DNA of 64,000 bases from an uncultured Rickettsiales bacterium (GTDB lineage: Bacteria; Myxococcota_A; UBA796; UBA9615; CAYRNR01). The stretch covers positions 1,559-65,558 of the forward strand of contig CAYTBN010000026.1 of NCBI GenBank assembly GCA_964436045.1. Direction: 5' to 3'. The notes under the pieces are model-generated. The model saw only the letters and a list, made by a program, of their open reading frames with translations. It was not told where the DNA came from and searched no databases. Made by a program: the position numbers and the translations under genes. Of the stretch, positions 20,484-31,689 are shown in pieces. How positions within the stretch are numbered: position 1 is the first letter of the stretch; every line of letters starts with the position of its first letter.

Positions 20484-21500
20484 ATGCGCGCGATGGTGAT
20501 CGAGGGCTCGTTCGGTCTGGACAACTTGCGCCTCACGGAGCGGGAGGCCCCCGAACCGGGGCCCGGACAGGTACGGCTGCGGATGCGGGCCGCGTCGCTG
20601 AACTACCGGGACCTGCTGATGGTCCGCGGCCACTACGACCCGCGCCAGCCCCTGCCGCTGGTGCCCGGCTCCGACGGGGTGGGGATCGTCGAGGCGGTCG
20701 GCGAGGGTGTCAACCGGGCTGGGGTGGGGGATCGGGTGTGCCCGATCTTCTGCCAGGACTGGCACGACGGCGCGCCCGAGCGGGACAAGCTGCGCTCGAC
20801 CCTCGGCGGGCCGCTGGACGGCACCCTTCGCGAGGTGATGGTGATCGACGAGGGCGGGCTGGTGCATCCGCCCGGCCACCTGAGCGATGCCGAGTGCGCC
20901 GCCCTCCCCTGCGCAGCAGTGACCGCCTGGACGGCGCTGTTCACCGAGGGCGACCTGGCGGCGGGACAGACCGTGCTGGTACAGGGTACGGGCGGGGTGT
21001 CGACCTTTGCCCTTCAGCTGGCCCACGCCGCGGGAGCCAGCGTGATCGTGACGTCGTCCAGCGACCAGAAGCTGGAGCGGGCCCGGGCGCTGGGCGCCGC
21101 CGAGACGATCAACTACCGGGAGACGCCCGACTGGGGCGGGGCAGTCCGACGGCTGACCGATGGGCGGGGCGTCGACCACGTGGTCGAGGTGGGCGGCGCG
21201 GGTACCCTCGAGCAGTCGATCCGGGCCACGGCGATCGGCGGACGAATCGCGGTGATCGGGGTGCTGTCCGGCATCAAGAGCAACCTCGTGGTGACGCCGA
21301 TCCTGATGGGCTACCTGCGGCTGCAGGGCATCCTGGTGGGGCACAGGGCGAGCTTCGAGGCGCTCAACAGCTTCGTGGCCGAACGCGAGCTGCGGCCGGA
21401 GGTCAGCGAGATCTATCCGATGGACCAGGCCCGGGCCGGCTTCGAGCTGATGGCCCGCGGGGGTCACCACGGAAAGATCTGCCTGACCATCGGAGACTGA
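20484..21500 (+). CDS. Zinc-binding alcohol dehydrogenase / NADPH:quinone oxidoreductase family (MDR superfamily)
   Basis: ORF track 20235..21500; I prefer the ATG at 20484 (GGAGG 8 nt upstream), since the upstream 83 aa are low-complexity. Matching sequence: MRAMVIEGSFGLDNLRL…AASLNYRDL…GSDGVGIVEAVGEGV…, and the nucleotide-binding GTGGVSTFALQLA. Confidence 0.8.
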   Translation: MRAMVIEGSFGLDNLRLTEREAPEPGPGQVRLRMRAASLNYRDLLMVRGHYDPRQPLPLVPGSDGVGIVEAVGEGVNRAGVGDRVCPIFCQDWHDGAPERDKLRSTLGGPLDGTLREVMVIDEGGLVHPPGHLSDAECAALPCAAVTAWTALFTEGDLAAGQTVLVQGTGGVSTFALQLAHAAGASVIVTSSSDQKLERARALGAAETINYRETPDWGGAVRRLTDGRGVDHVVEVGGAGTLEQSIRATAIGGRIAVIGVLSGIKSNLVVTPILMGYLRLQGILVGHRASFEALNSFVAERELRPEVSEIYPMDQARAGFELMARGGHHGKICLTIGD

Positions 21501-21561
21501 CGCGGCCGGGAAATATGCGATCACCCGCTCGCGTATCCTTGCCGCACACGCTGGAGGGACG

Positions 21562-22047
21562 ATGGCCGACGACGAGGGCGGGAAGACCCTGGACGACAAG
21601 CTGGACGAGCTCAAGCGCAAGGCCGCGGTCGCCGCGGCGCGCAGGTCCATCGAGAAGACCGGCCACGGGATGCTCGACGGCCTGGAGCGCTGGCTGTTCG
21701 GCAAGGTCGGCGGGGCCGAGGAGGTGCTGCGCAAGGAGGCCAACCGGGGAACTGCCCTGGACCGCCTGCGGACGGAGATCGAACACGCCGAGGCCGAGGA
21801 AGAGCTGACCCCCGAAGCGCCCGCGGCGGGGCCGACGCCCGCCCAGAAGGCGCGGGAGCGCAAGCGCGAGGCCGCCCTGGCCCAGCTGGAGGCGATCAAA
21901 CAGCGGCTGGCCGAGGAGGACGGCGGGGCGCCCGGGGAATCCGCCCCGGCCAGCGAGGGGACCCCTCCCCAGCGCACCCTCGATCCCCCGCTCGACGACG
22001 CCCCCGCCGCCGAGCCCCGCCGCAAGAAGACTCCCCGCAGCCTGTAA
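21562..22047 (+). CDS. Hypothetical charged/coiled-coil protein
   Basis: 161 aa with GGAGGGACG RBS, Lys/Glu/Ala-rich; no recognisable domain. Confidence 0.45.
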   Translation: MADDEGGKTLDDKLDELKRKAAVAAARRSIEKTGHGMLDGLERWLFGKVGGAEEVLRKEANRGTALDRLRTEIEHAEAEEELTPEAPAAGPTPAQKARERKREAALAQLEAIKQRLAEEDGGAPGESAPASEGTPPQRTLDPPLDDAPAAEPRRKKTPRSL

Positions 22048-22179
22048 CGGCACTCTTCGTTCTTCCGGTTCGGTGCTATCTTGCCCCGCGTGGGACTACA
22101 TCGCCCACCTGTACCTCTGCGACGAGGAGGATCCGGAGTCCTGCGAGACCGAGTTCGGCCGCTGACGGCGGAACGACGG

Positions 22180-24003
22180 TCAGCGCGCCTGGGCGGGCCA
22201 GGACTGGACCCGCTCGATCAGCGCCCGGGTGCCGGCGTCCCCGGGATCACACAGCAGCGCCGTCCGTAGCTCGTCCAGCCCATCCTCGGTCCGTCCGACC
22301 TGCACCAGCAGCCGGCCGAGATTGGCCCGGGCCAGACAGAATCCCGGGTCGAGGCGCAGCGCCTCGCGGAAGGCGTCCGCCGCGCCCTGGAGGCACGGGC
22401 GCCCACTGCCGCAGTCGGCGCTGTGGTGGTGGAACCCGACCACACCGAGCAGATTGTGGGCCGCCGGATCCTGGGACCGCTCAGCGGTCCGCTCGCTGGC
22501 CTTCGACCACTCCAGGGGGCCGGCCGACTCGGGATCTCCGCCGTAATGCCAGTCCAGACCGATCCGTGGCATGCCCAGGTAGGTCTCCACCCGCGATGGG
22601 TCGACGGCCGGGTGGGCGAGGGCGGCGATCCCGCGGGCGGCCACCAGCCCGGGGTCGGCGGCGGCGGGATCGGCGTCCTCGGGCCACAGGGCGGTCAACG
22701 CCCCGGTCATCACCGCGGCCAGGGTCCAGTGAGCCTCCAGCGTGGGATGGCAGTGGTCGAAGATCTCCGCGTAGCTCGGGATCCCGTCGGGGGCCATCGC
22801 GGCGACCTCGGCCGCGCCGTCCACGAAGGTCACGGCCGGCCGCGTCGCCATCTCGTGGATCTCGTCGTTGATGTACGGCGGTGCCCGGTTGGGGTTCTCG
22901 TCCAGGCGCACCGCCTCCAGGTAGTGCTCCAGCGCCCGTTCGGGATACCCCTCCTGGGTGTACAGGGTGCCCCACCACCAGTGGGTGTGCGCCAGCGGGC
23001 GCTGGTCGAAGGCGTCGTCGAACAACCGCTCGGACTCGGCCACCGAAGCGGCGCCGGGGGCGGCCTGGAGCCCCCGCTCGGCCTCCATGAACAGGCCCTC
23101 CACGTCCGGGTGGCGCTCGTGGCCGGGGAGGGGGAACTGCCCTGGCTCGATGGACCAGTTCGCCGGCACGGTCGACAGCACCACCGGGATCCCGGCTGCG
23201 GCGGCCAGGTCCAGCAGGCGGCCGATGTTGTGGCGGAAGGTCTCGCGGGCGTAGGAGCGGTCGCGGTCGGTCAGCGGCGCCCGCTGTTCCCACGGCAGCA
23301 TCTGGTCACGGGTGTACTCGCTCTGGCCCCAGCCGGGGACACCCCGGCCGCGGAGCCGCTCGCGCAGCCAGCCGACGGTCCGCAGCCCCGACAACCGCAG
23401 GTTCCAGCGCAGGCTGGACACGTAGAGTCGATGCTGGGCCGGCGACAGGAACTGACGCCAGTCCCAGAGCTCCAGCAGCTCGTTGTTGCCCGAGTACACG
23501 ATCAGCGCATCGGGCTGTTGCTCCGCCAGGATCTCCTTGCCCAGCTGCAGCACCTGCTGGCTCGAGGCGGCGATCACGCCCATGTTGATCACCTGGAGGT
23601 CCAGGCCTGGGAAGTTCTCGCCAGCCAGCCCCTCGAGCCGGCCGGCGAAGCTGCCGTTCCGCGAGAAGCCGTAGCCGTGGGCGGCTGATCCCCCCAGCAC
23701 GAACACCCGCCGCTCGTGCGGCTGCTTGACCGCCGGGTAGGGACGAGGCTGGGCCGGTAACGGCGTGGCGACGTAGGTCTTCGGCACGCGGTCCAGGGCC
23801 ATCGCCGTGAGGAAGGGCGGCGCGTCGAAGGCCTGCTCCCGGCACCAGGAGACCTCCCGGTCCGGCTGGCCCTCGTAGCCGACCAGGCGCAGCACCGTCT
23901 CGGCCCCGGCGAGCAGCACCGCGAGGGGTACGAGCGAGTACAGCGTGCGCCGGGCCAGCCGGCGAAGCCGCCTCGCGCGCTGGATCCCGCTACGCGTTCT
24001 CAC
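22180..24003 (-). CDS. SGNH/GDSL-like hydrolase domain protein with C-terminal TPR repeats, N-terminal TM anchor
   Basis: 607 aa with motifs VFVLGGSAAHGYG, IVYSGNNE and FDHCHP (DxxH). The C-terminal TPR-like helices are LLGVVGFHHH…AFREALRLDPGFCLARANLGRLLVQVGRTEDGLDEL. Confidence 0.6.
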   Translation of the reverse strand: MRTRSGIQRARRLRRLARRTLYSLVPLAVLLAGAETVLRLVGYEGQPDREVSWCREQAFDAPPFLTAMALDRVPKTYVATPLPAQPRPYPAVKQPHERRVFVLGGSAAHGYGFSRNGSFAGRLEGLAGENFPGLDLQVINMGVIAASSQQVLQLGKEILAEQQPDALIVYSGNNELLELWDWRQFLSPAQHRLYVSSLRWNLRLSGLRTVGWLRERLRGRGVPGWGQSEYTRDQMLPWEQRAPLTDRDRSYARETFRHNIGRLLDLAAAAGIPVVLSTVPANWSIEPGQFPLPGHERHPDVEGLFMEAERGLQAAPGAASVAESERLFDDAFDQRPLAHTHWWWGTLYTQEGYPERALEHYLEAVRLDENPNRAPPYINDEIHEMATRPAVTFVDGAAEVAAMAPDGIPSYAEIFDHCHPTLEAHWTLAAVMTGALTALWPEDADPAAADPGLVAARGIAALAHPAVDPSRVETYLGMPRIGLDWHYGGDPESAGPLEWSKASERTAERSQDPAAHNLLGVVGFHHHSADCGSGRPCLQGAADAFREALRLDPGFCLARANLGRLLVQVGRTEDGLDELRTALLCDPGDAGTRALIERVQSWPAQAR

Positions 24004-24012
24004 CGGGGTGCC

Positions 24013-24885
24013 TCAGGGAGCCGGCATGTGGAACAGCTCGCGGGTCTCGGCGGGGCTGGCGATCTCGCGGCCGGCCTCGCGGGCGACGGTCACCAGCTGC
24101 TCGATCAGCGCGCCGTTGGACGGCGCCTTGCTGCCGTCGGGGAGGTAGAAGGTGTCCTCGAGCCCGGTGCGCAGGTTGCCCCCCAGCTCGGCGGCACGGC
24201 GGTGCAGGTCCCAGACCTCGCCGCGGCCGATGCCGATCACCTGCCAGGTGGCGCCCGCGGGCAGCTCGTCGATCAACAGCGGCAGCCAGGACGGTTTGGC
24301 CGGCATCCCGGAGGCGACCCCCATGATCAGCGACACATCGATGGGCGGCTCGAGCAACCCCACCTGGCGGAAGAGGTCCACGGACCGCAGGATGCCGGTG
24401 TCGAAACACTCGCACTCGCCCAGGATCCCGCGCTCGGCCATGAAGCGGGCGAACGCCTCGACCTTCTCCACCGGATTGGCGAACACCAGGGGTGGCCAGG
24501 CCCAGGTCCCCCCGCGGGTGACCTTGAGGTAGTTCAGGGTGCCGGCGTTGAGCGCCGCCATCTCCGGCCGCACCCGGTCCAGGCAGGCCAGCGGTCCCTC
24601 GATGTCATCGCCCATGACCCCGGTGGAGAGGTTGATCACCACCCCCGGGCAGGCCTCGCGGATGGCCGCGCAGACCGCCTCGGAGTCGTCCGGATCCCAC
24701 GACGGCAGGTAGCCCATCCCCGGCTGCTGGTTGCGCACGTGGGTATGCATGATGGTCGCACCCGCGTCGAACGCCTCCTTGGCCGAGGCCGCCATCTGTT
24801 CCGGAGTGACAGGCACGGGAAAACGGTTGGGATCGGTCAGCACGCCGGTCAGCGCGCAGGTGATGACGACCTTGTCCTGGCTCAC
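24013..24885 (-). CDS. 3-keto-5-aminohexanoate cleavage enzyme family (BKACE / DUF849)
   Basis: ORF track 24013..24909; I prefer the GTG at 24885 (GGAGG 6 nt upstream). 'KVVITCALTGVLTDP…ATIMHTHVRN' matches the Kce N-terminal signature. The stop is 10 nt from the SGNH/TPR gene start. Confidence 0.7.
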   Translation of the reverse strand: MSQDKVVITCALTGVLTDPNRFPVPVTPEQMAASAKEAFDAGATIMHTHVRNQQPGMGYLPSWDPDDSEAVCAAIREACPGVVINLSTGVMGDDIEGPLACLDRVRPEMAALNAGTLNYLKVTRGGTWAWPPLVFANPVEKVEAFARFMAERGILGECECFDTGILRSVDLFRQVGLLEPPIDVSLIMGVASGMPAKPSWLPLLIDELPAGATWQVIGIGRGEVWDLHRRAAELGGNLRTGLEDTFYLPDGSKAPSNGALIEQLVTVAREAGREIASPAETRELFHMPAP

Positions 24886-24958
24886 GTTGCCCCTCCGATG
24901 AGGAGCCAAGGATAGTTGCGTCGGGCGGGGTCTGCTAGAACTGGCCGCTGGAGGACCG

Positions 24959-25450
24959 ATGGCGCTGCACCATGAGATGACCGTTTCCGCGTCGCCAGAC
25001 AGGGTGGCCGAGCTGCTGTGTTCCGAGCGTTACAGCCTGACCCAGCAGAAGGCACGGGAAGACTGCGTCGACGCCCGCTACGAGGCCAAGGGTGAGACCG
25101 ACACCCACCTCGAATTCGAGGTACATCTCGTGAGCTACGCCCACAAGCGGACCGGCAAGCTGGACCGCAACAAGACCGAGAACTCGACCACCGCCTACCG
25201 CTACGACAAGGGGACCCGGACCCTGTACTGGCAACACCACGGCAACCACGGAGACCGGGTGGACGTACACGGCGACACGAAGCTGGTGGACGCTGGCGGG
25301 GACAGGACACGGATCGTCCGCGACGTGACCATCGACATCCGCGTCCCCGTCGTCGGCCGGGCGATCGCCAAGATCGTCGAGACCAAGTTCCGCCAGAGCT
25401 TCGACGGCGTCGGCGCGCTGATCGTGAAGCTGCTGGCGGAGGACGGCTGA
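24959..25450 (+). CDS. Hypothetical protein, possibly SRPBCC/START-like fold
   Basis: 163 aa; no firm motif, and the assignment rests on size and secondary-structure impression only. Confidence 0.4.
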   Translation: MALHHEMTVSASPDRVAELLCSERYSLTQQKAREDCVDARYEAKGETDTHLEFEVHLVSYAHKRTGKLDRNKTENSTTAYRYDKGTRTLYWQHHGNHGDRVDVHGDTKLVDAGGDRTRIVRDVTIDIRVPVVGRAIAKIVETKFRQSFDGVGALIVKLLAEDG

Positions 25451-25487
25451 CACCCCACGCCTTCGGACCGATGATAGAACGGAACCG

Positions 25488-25825
25488 ATGGCACCCAATC
25501 CCCCCGACGGCCGGGATCCCGACGAGCACCACGACGGTGACGTGGGCCTGGCCACCGAGCAGGACGAGCGCGTCCGGCGTCCGCCCATGTTCCGGGTGCT
25601 GCTGCACAACGACGACTACAGCACCATGGGATTTGTGGTGATGATCCTGATGGACGTCTTCAATCACCCGCAGGCGCGGGCCGTCCGGATCATGCTGGCC
25701 GTCCACGAACAGGGGGTCGGTGTGGCCGGGATCTACGGCCGCGAGATCGCCGAGACGAAGGTGGCGCAGGTCACCGAGCTGGCCCACGAGAACGAGTTCC
25801 CGCTGCTGTGCACCCTGGAGCCCGC

Positions 25826-25829
<4 letters not shown>
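25488..25829 (+). CDS. clpS: ATP-dependent Clp protease adaptor ClpS
   Basis: 'MFRVLLHNDDYSTMGFVVMILMDVFNH…ARAVRIMLAVHEQGVGVAGIYGREIAETKVAQV' is the canonical ClpS core. Confidence 0.85.
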
Positions 25830-28111
<2,282 letters not shown>

Positions 28112-28200
28112 TCGCTGGACTGCGAGCAAAAAAGGAGCTATCTAAGACAGCGCGGCTTCCTGCTCCGATCCGAACGACAGCCCCACACGGGAGGCTCCCG

Positions 28201-29196
28201 TTGGCCCACGCTCTGGCCCTCGACAGCCGCGACATCGCCATCGACCTGCATGGCCTGCTCCGCGACATGGATCCTGCCCGCTGGCAGGACGAGGTCGAGA
28301 CCGCCCTCCAGCAGCGGATGGTGGAGATCGAGGACCGGATCGACACCATCCGCGTTCGCTTCGAGCCGCTCAAGGAGACCGCCACCGACGAGTCCCTGGC
28401 CGCGGTCGAGGAGTGCCTCGACGCGCTCTCCGACCTGCTGAACGAGTGCGCCCCGGCCGCGGACCTGTCGCGGACGGATCTGCGCAGGGAGTGGATGGGC
28501 TTCCGCCAGCAGCTCCAGCCGGCCTACCAGGGACTCGCCGACAGCCTGCGGCTCTCGCGGATCCACGTGCCGTCCCTGCGACCCACGAATTACACGCGCA
28601 ACCTGTTCCACGTGGGCAACGCGCTGTTCTGCCTGGTCCTGGTGGAAACCGTCCTGACCGGGATCTGGATGCCCATCGCCGCGTTCTTCGTGGCCGGTGC
28701 CGCGTGGTCGATGGAGTTCGGCAAACGTCGTGAAGCCCGGGTCGACAAGCTCACCTGGGCCGTGCTGGGCAAGATGGGCCACCCCCACGAGCGGCGGCGG
28801 ATCAACTCCGCGACCTGGTTCTCGTCTGCCCTGCTCCTGCTCTCCCTGACCGGCTCGTCGTTGATCGCCGCGCTGGGCCTGACCGTGCTGGGCCTGGCCG
28901 ACCCCGCCGCCGGCCTGGTGGGCCGCCGCTTCGGCCGCATCAAGCTGATCCACGGCCGCTCGCTGGAGGGCACCACCGCCTTTGTCGTGGTCGGCGCGCT
29001 CGGCTGCCTGGGCGTGCTGACCCTGTGGCACCCGTTGCTTGGCTGGTCGACGATGGTCGGCATCACCCTCGCCGCCGTCATCCCCGGCGCCCTCGCCGAG
29101 CTCTTCGCCCACAAGATCGACGACAACCTCCTCGTCCCCATGGCCGCCGCCGCCGGCGCCATCGCCTACTGCCTGGTCGCCGGGATTCCTCTCTAG
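28201..29196 (+). CDS. Integral membrane protein with CTP-dependent polyprenol/dolichol-kinase-like (CdsA/DolK/VTE5 superfamily) C-terminal domain, ~150 aa cytoplasmic N-domain
   Basis: TTG start with GGGAGG 8 nt upstream. A small hairpin (acggga-ggc-tcccgt, 28183-28197) overlaps the RBS. The motif 'DPAAGLVGRRFGRIKLIHGRSLEGTTAFVVVG' resembles the phytol/dolichol kinase signature. Confidence 0.45.
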   Translation: MAHALALDSRDIAIDLHGLLRDMDPARWQDEVETALQQRMVEIEDRIDTIRVRFEPLKETATDESLAAVEECLDALSDLLNECAPAADLSRTDLRREWMGFRQQLQPAYQGLADSLRLSRIHVPSLRPTNYTRNLFHVGNALFCLVLVETVLTGIWMPIAAFFVAGAAWSMEFGKRREARVDKLTWAVLGKMGHPHERRRINSATWFSSALLLLSLTGSSLIAALGLTVLGLADPAAGLVGRRFGRIKLIHGRSLEGTTAFVVVGALGCLGVLTLWHPLLGWSTMVGITLAAVIPGALAELFAHKIDDNLLVPMAAAAGAIAYCLVAGIPL

Positions 29197-29423
29197 GAGC
29201 GTTGGGGGAAACTCAACCGGGCAGGTCGTCCACGGACACGATGGGGGTGTCGACGCGGACCGGTTGCCAGGCGTAAAGCGAGCGGACGACGCGGCGGGCG
29301 TCGGCGGTGTCCATGCCCGGACTCAGCTTGCGGGTGACGGTGACGTAGAACTCCGCGAGCACCTGGAACGAGAGCTTGCCCTTCTAGGGGTACACGAGCT
29401 TCGTGTCAAAGCCCTCCGGGTGC

Positions 29424-29837
29424 TCAGCCCTCCGCAAGCCGGTCCCGGATCAAGCCGAAGAACGCCCCTGCCGGTCCGGCGAAGTGCCAGCCCAGGTGCT
29501 CGGCGCAGGCGGCGCAGACTCCATAGTTCCAGGCGTAGCCCGGGAACCAGGTGAACTCCGTGGTCCGCTCGCCGACGACCTCGCAGCCGTCGGCCCGGTC
29601 GAAGCAGCGGATCTCGAACAGGACTCCGGACGGGTTGAAGAAGGTGTGTACGTGCTGCCCGTCCACCTCGCCGACCGCCGCCCGATCGGTCACTGGCGCC
29701 CCGCAGGCGCGGCAACGGATCGCCCGCTCGGTGTCGGTGGTGGATTCCCCATCGGGGTCGCCGGTCGGTGCCGCGGGGCCGGCACGGTCGCGCTGGCGGA
29801 GGCAGTGTCGCGGGACGGAGGGTGGTCCGGGCTCCAT
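29424..29837 (-). CDS. Mss4-like zinc-binding domain protein (MsrB/Yippee/CULT-type fold, tentative)
   Basis: The internal ATG of ORF 29424..30167 is at 29837. Motifs: IRCRACGAPV…FFNPSGVLFEIRCF…CEVVGERTTEFTWFPGYAW…CAACAEHLGWHF, i.e. two CxxC pairs plus conserved Trp/His. Confidence 0.4.
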   Translation of the reverse strand: MEPGPPSVPRHCLRQRDRAGPAAPTGDPDGESTTDTERAIRCRACGAPVTDRAAVGEVDGQHVHTFFNPSGVLFEIRCFDRADGCEVVGERTTEFTWFPGYAWNYGVCAACAEHLGWHFAGPAGAFFGLIRDRLAEG

Positions 29838-29971
29838 GTCCCCACTGTAGCGCGGGTGGCAAACGGCGGGATGGCGTAATTCGTCATGGCGACCTAAAAT
29901 AGCCTCAACAACCAACGCGCCCCACCGGAGGGTGGGGACGGGGCGGGGGGGACGCGAAGGAGAGAGGTTCC

Positions 29972-30175
29972 ATGACAGACACCCTGGTGATCTGCCAGAG
30001 CTGTGGCGACTCGGTGAAGGCGGACGAATTCGAGCCGGGCGTCTCGCTGATCTGCGAGGACTGCGATCCCAAGGGGCAGGACGACGCTCCGCCGGACCTG
30101 GCGGCGGCGGGCGACGAGGTCTGGCACGACTACGAGCTGGGCCGCTGGCCATCGAACTGCCGGCCACGCCGATGA
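29972..30175 (+). CDS. Small zinc-ribbon protein
   Basis: 67 aa with AAGGAGAGAGG RBS and two CxxC pairs (VICQSCGD…LICEDCDP). Confidence 0.5.
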   Translation: MTDTLVICQSCGDSVKADEFEPGVSLICEDCDPKGQDDAPPDLAAAGDEVWHDYELGRWPSNCRPRR

Positions 30176-30218
30176 GCGGCGGGTACCCCGACTAGACCCC
30201 CGACGGGGGGTACCCCGA

Positions 30219-31073
30219 CTAGACCCCCGGCGGCGGGATCCGGGAGAGGACCTGGTCGACGCCGGGGAGGTCGAGAGGCAGGCACCGCCGGACCTTGGCC
30301 AGGTCGAGGCGCAGGTCCAGAGGTATGTGCGCGCTGGCGTCGGCGCCCAGGCCGGTGCTCAGTCGCTCGCGACCGGGAACTCCCCACCAGTCCAGCAGCC
30401 GGCGACCGAAGCCCTCCCGGGACAGGACCTGCTCGCCAGCCACGTTGAACCGGCCGCCCAGTCGTCCCTCGGTCAGCAGCACCAGCGCCTCGGCCAGGGT
30501 CTCGACCCACACCGGCTGCCGCAGCACATCGGTGAACAGGGCCAGGGGCTCGCCCGCCGCCAGCCGCGCGGCAAACCCAGCGGTGCCGCGGTCCATCTGC
30601 CGCAGGCCGTAGATCAACGAGGTGCGCACGATGGCCGCGCCCGGCACGGCGTCCAGGGCCTCGCGCTCGGCGGCGGCCTTGCTGCGACCGTAGACGTTGA
30701 TCGGCGCGGGCTCGGCGTCATCCGGGTAGGGCGCGCGATCCCCGCCGTGGACCATGTCCGACGAGACGTGAATCAGGTGGGCGTCGGCCGCGGCTGCCGC
30801 CCGGGCCACGTTGCGCGTGCCGTCGCGGTTGACGGCCATCATCCGCACGTCGTCGCCCTGGCCCGGGTTGATCGCCGCCGCGTGGATCACGGCGTCAGCC
30901 GCCGCCCCCCGCAGTGCCCTTTCGATCTCCCGGGGATCCACGATATCGGCGGCGACCTGATCGCCGGTCGGGCCCCCGCGAACGACGGCAATGAGTTCGT
31001 GCCCGCGCCGGCTCGCGGCCGCGCAGATGCATCGCCCCAGGTATCCCGCCGCACCGGTGATCAACACACGCAT
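30219..31073 (-). CDS. NAD(P)-dependent epimerase/reductase, RmlD-like (dTDP-4-dehydrorhamnose reductase family)
   Basis: Motifs MRVLITGAAGYLG and YGRSK; 284 aa. Confidence 0.7.
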   Translation of the reverse strand: MRVLITGAAGYLGRCICAAASRRGHELIAVVRGGPTGDQVAADIVDPREIERALRGAAADAVIHAAAINPGQGDDVRMMAVNRDGTRNVARAAAAADAHLIHVSSDMVHGGDRAPYPDDAEPAPINVYGRSKAAAEREALDAVPGAAIVRTSLIYGLRQMDRGTAGFAARLAAGEPLALFTDVLRQPVWVETLAEALVLLTEGRLGGRFNVAGEQVLSREGFGRRLLDWWGVPGRERLSTGLGADASAHIPLDLRLDLAKVRRCLPLDLPGVDQVLSRIPPPGV

Positions 31074-31192
31074 CGCCTCTCACAGGTTGTGATTTTATAC
31101 CGACACCATCGGCCAGGACGAGGTGATGTTCATGTGGGAGAACCAGTACGACTCGGGGACGGACACCATGGTCCGGGTCAAGTAGCTCCGTC

Positions 31193-31558
31193 CTACCCCT
31201 CCTCGCCCCCCTCGCCCTCGCCCCACTCTTCTTCGATCATCGTCGACAGGATCGCCACCGCCTCGTCGGCTCGGGACTTGTCCACGTGTACCTGCACCGG
31301 TCCGAACAGGGCGGTCCCGGCGACACCCGCGCCGTAGAGCCCGTGCACGCCCTCGCCGCGCATGTGGTAGGCGATGCCCTCCCCTTCCAGCATCGACTTG
31401 GCCACCGCGATGTCGCCCGCGCTGGTGAGGTTGAGCACGGGGCACAGCTCGACCGTGTCGGGTTCCATGGGGGGGTCGTCGCCCAGGGGTACTCCGCAGT
31501 CGGCGCAGGACACCACCTCGTCCACGTACTCGGTGCCGCAGCTCGGGCAGTAGCGCAT
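31193..31558 (-). CDS. Zinc-ribbon plus DUF2007-like small protein
   Basis: The internal ATG of ORF 31193..31675 is at 31558 (GGAAGG 6 nt upstream). 'MRYCPSCGTEYVDEVVSCADCGVPL' then '…DIAVAKSMLEGEGIAYHMRGE…VQVHVDKSRADEAVAIL'. Confidence 0.5.
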   Translation of the reverse strand: MRYCPSCGTEYVDEVVSCADCGVPLGDDPPMEPDTVELCPVLNLTSAGDIAVAKSMLEGEGIAYHMRGEGVHGLYGAGVAGTALFGPVQVHVDKSRADEAVAILSTMIEEEWGEGEGGEEG

Positions 31559-31689
31559 CGAAGCCTTCCGTCCCGGGGCTGGCGCCCCTCCCACAGCGTA
31601 GGTGTTGCTCCCCAGGCCGACAAGCACGAAGGGGATGACGTCCGGGGTTCCAGCGAATACCATCCCTGCGTTCAAGCCGTGAGGTTACC

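Noticed and set aside
22081-22269. 62-aa ORF in the convergent intergenic region 22047-22180
   Set aside because: Arg/Pro/Gly-rich, no RBS, and it overlaps the 3' end of the SGNH/TPR gene.
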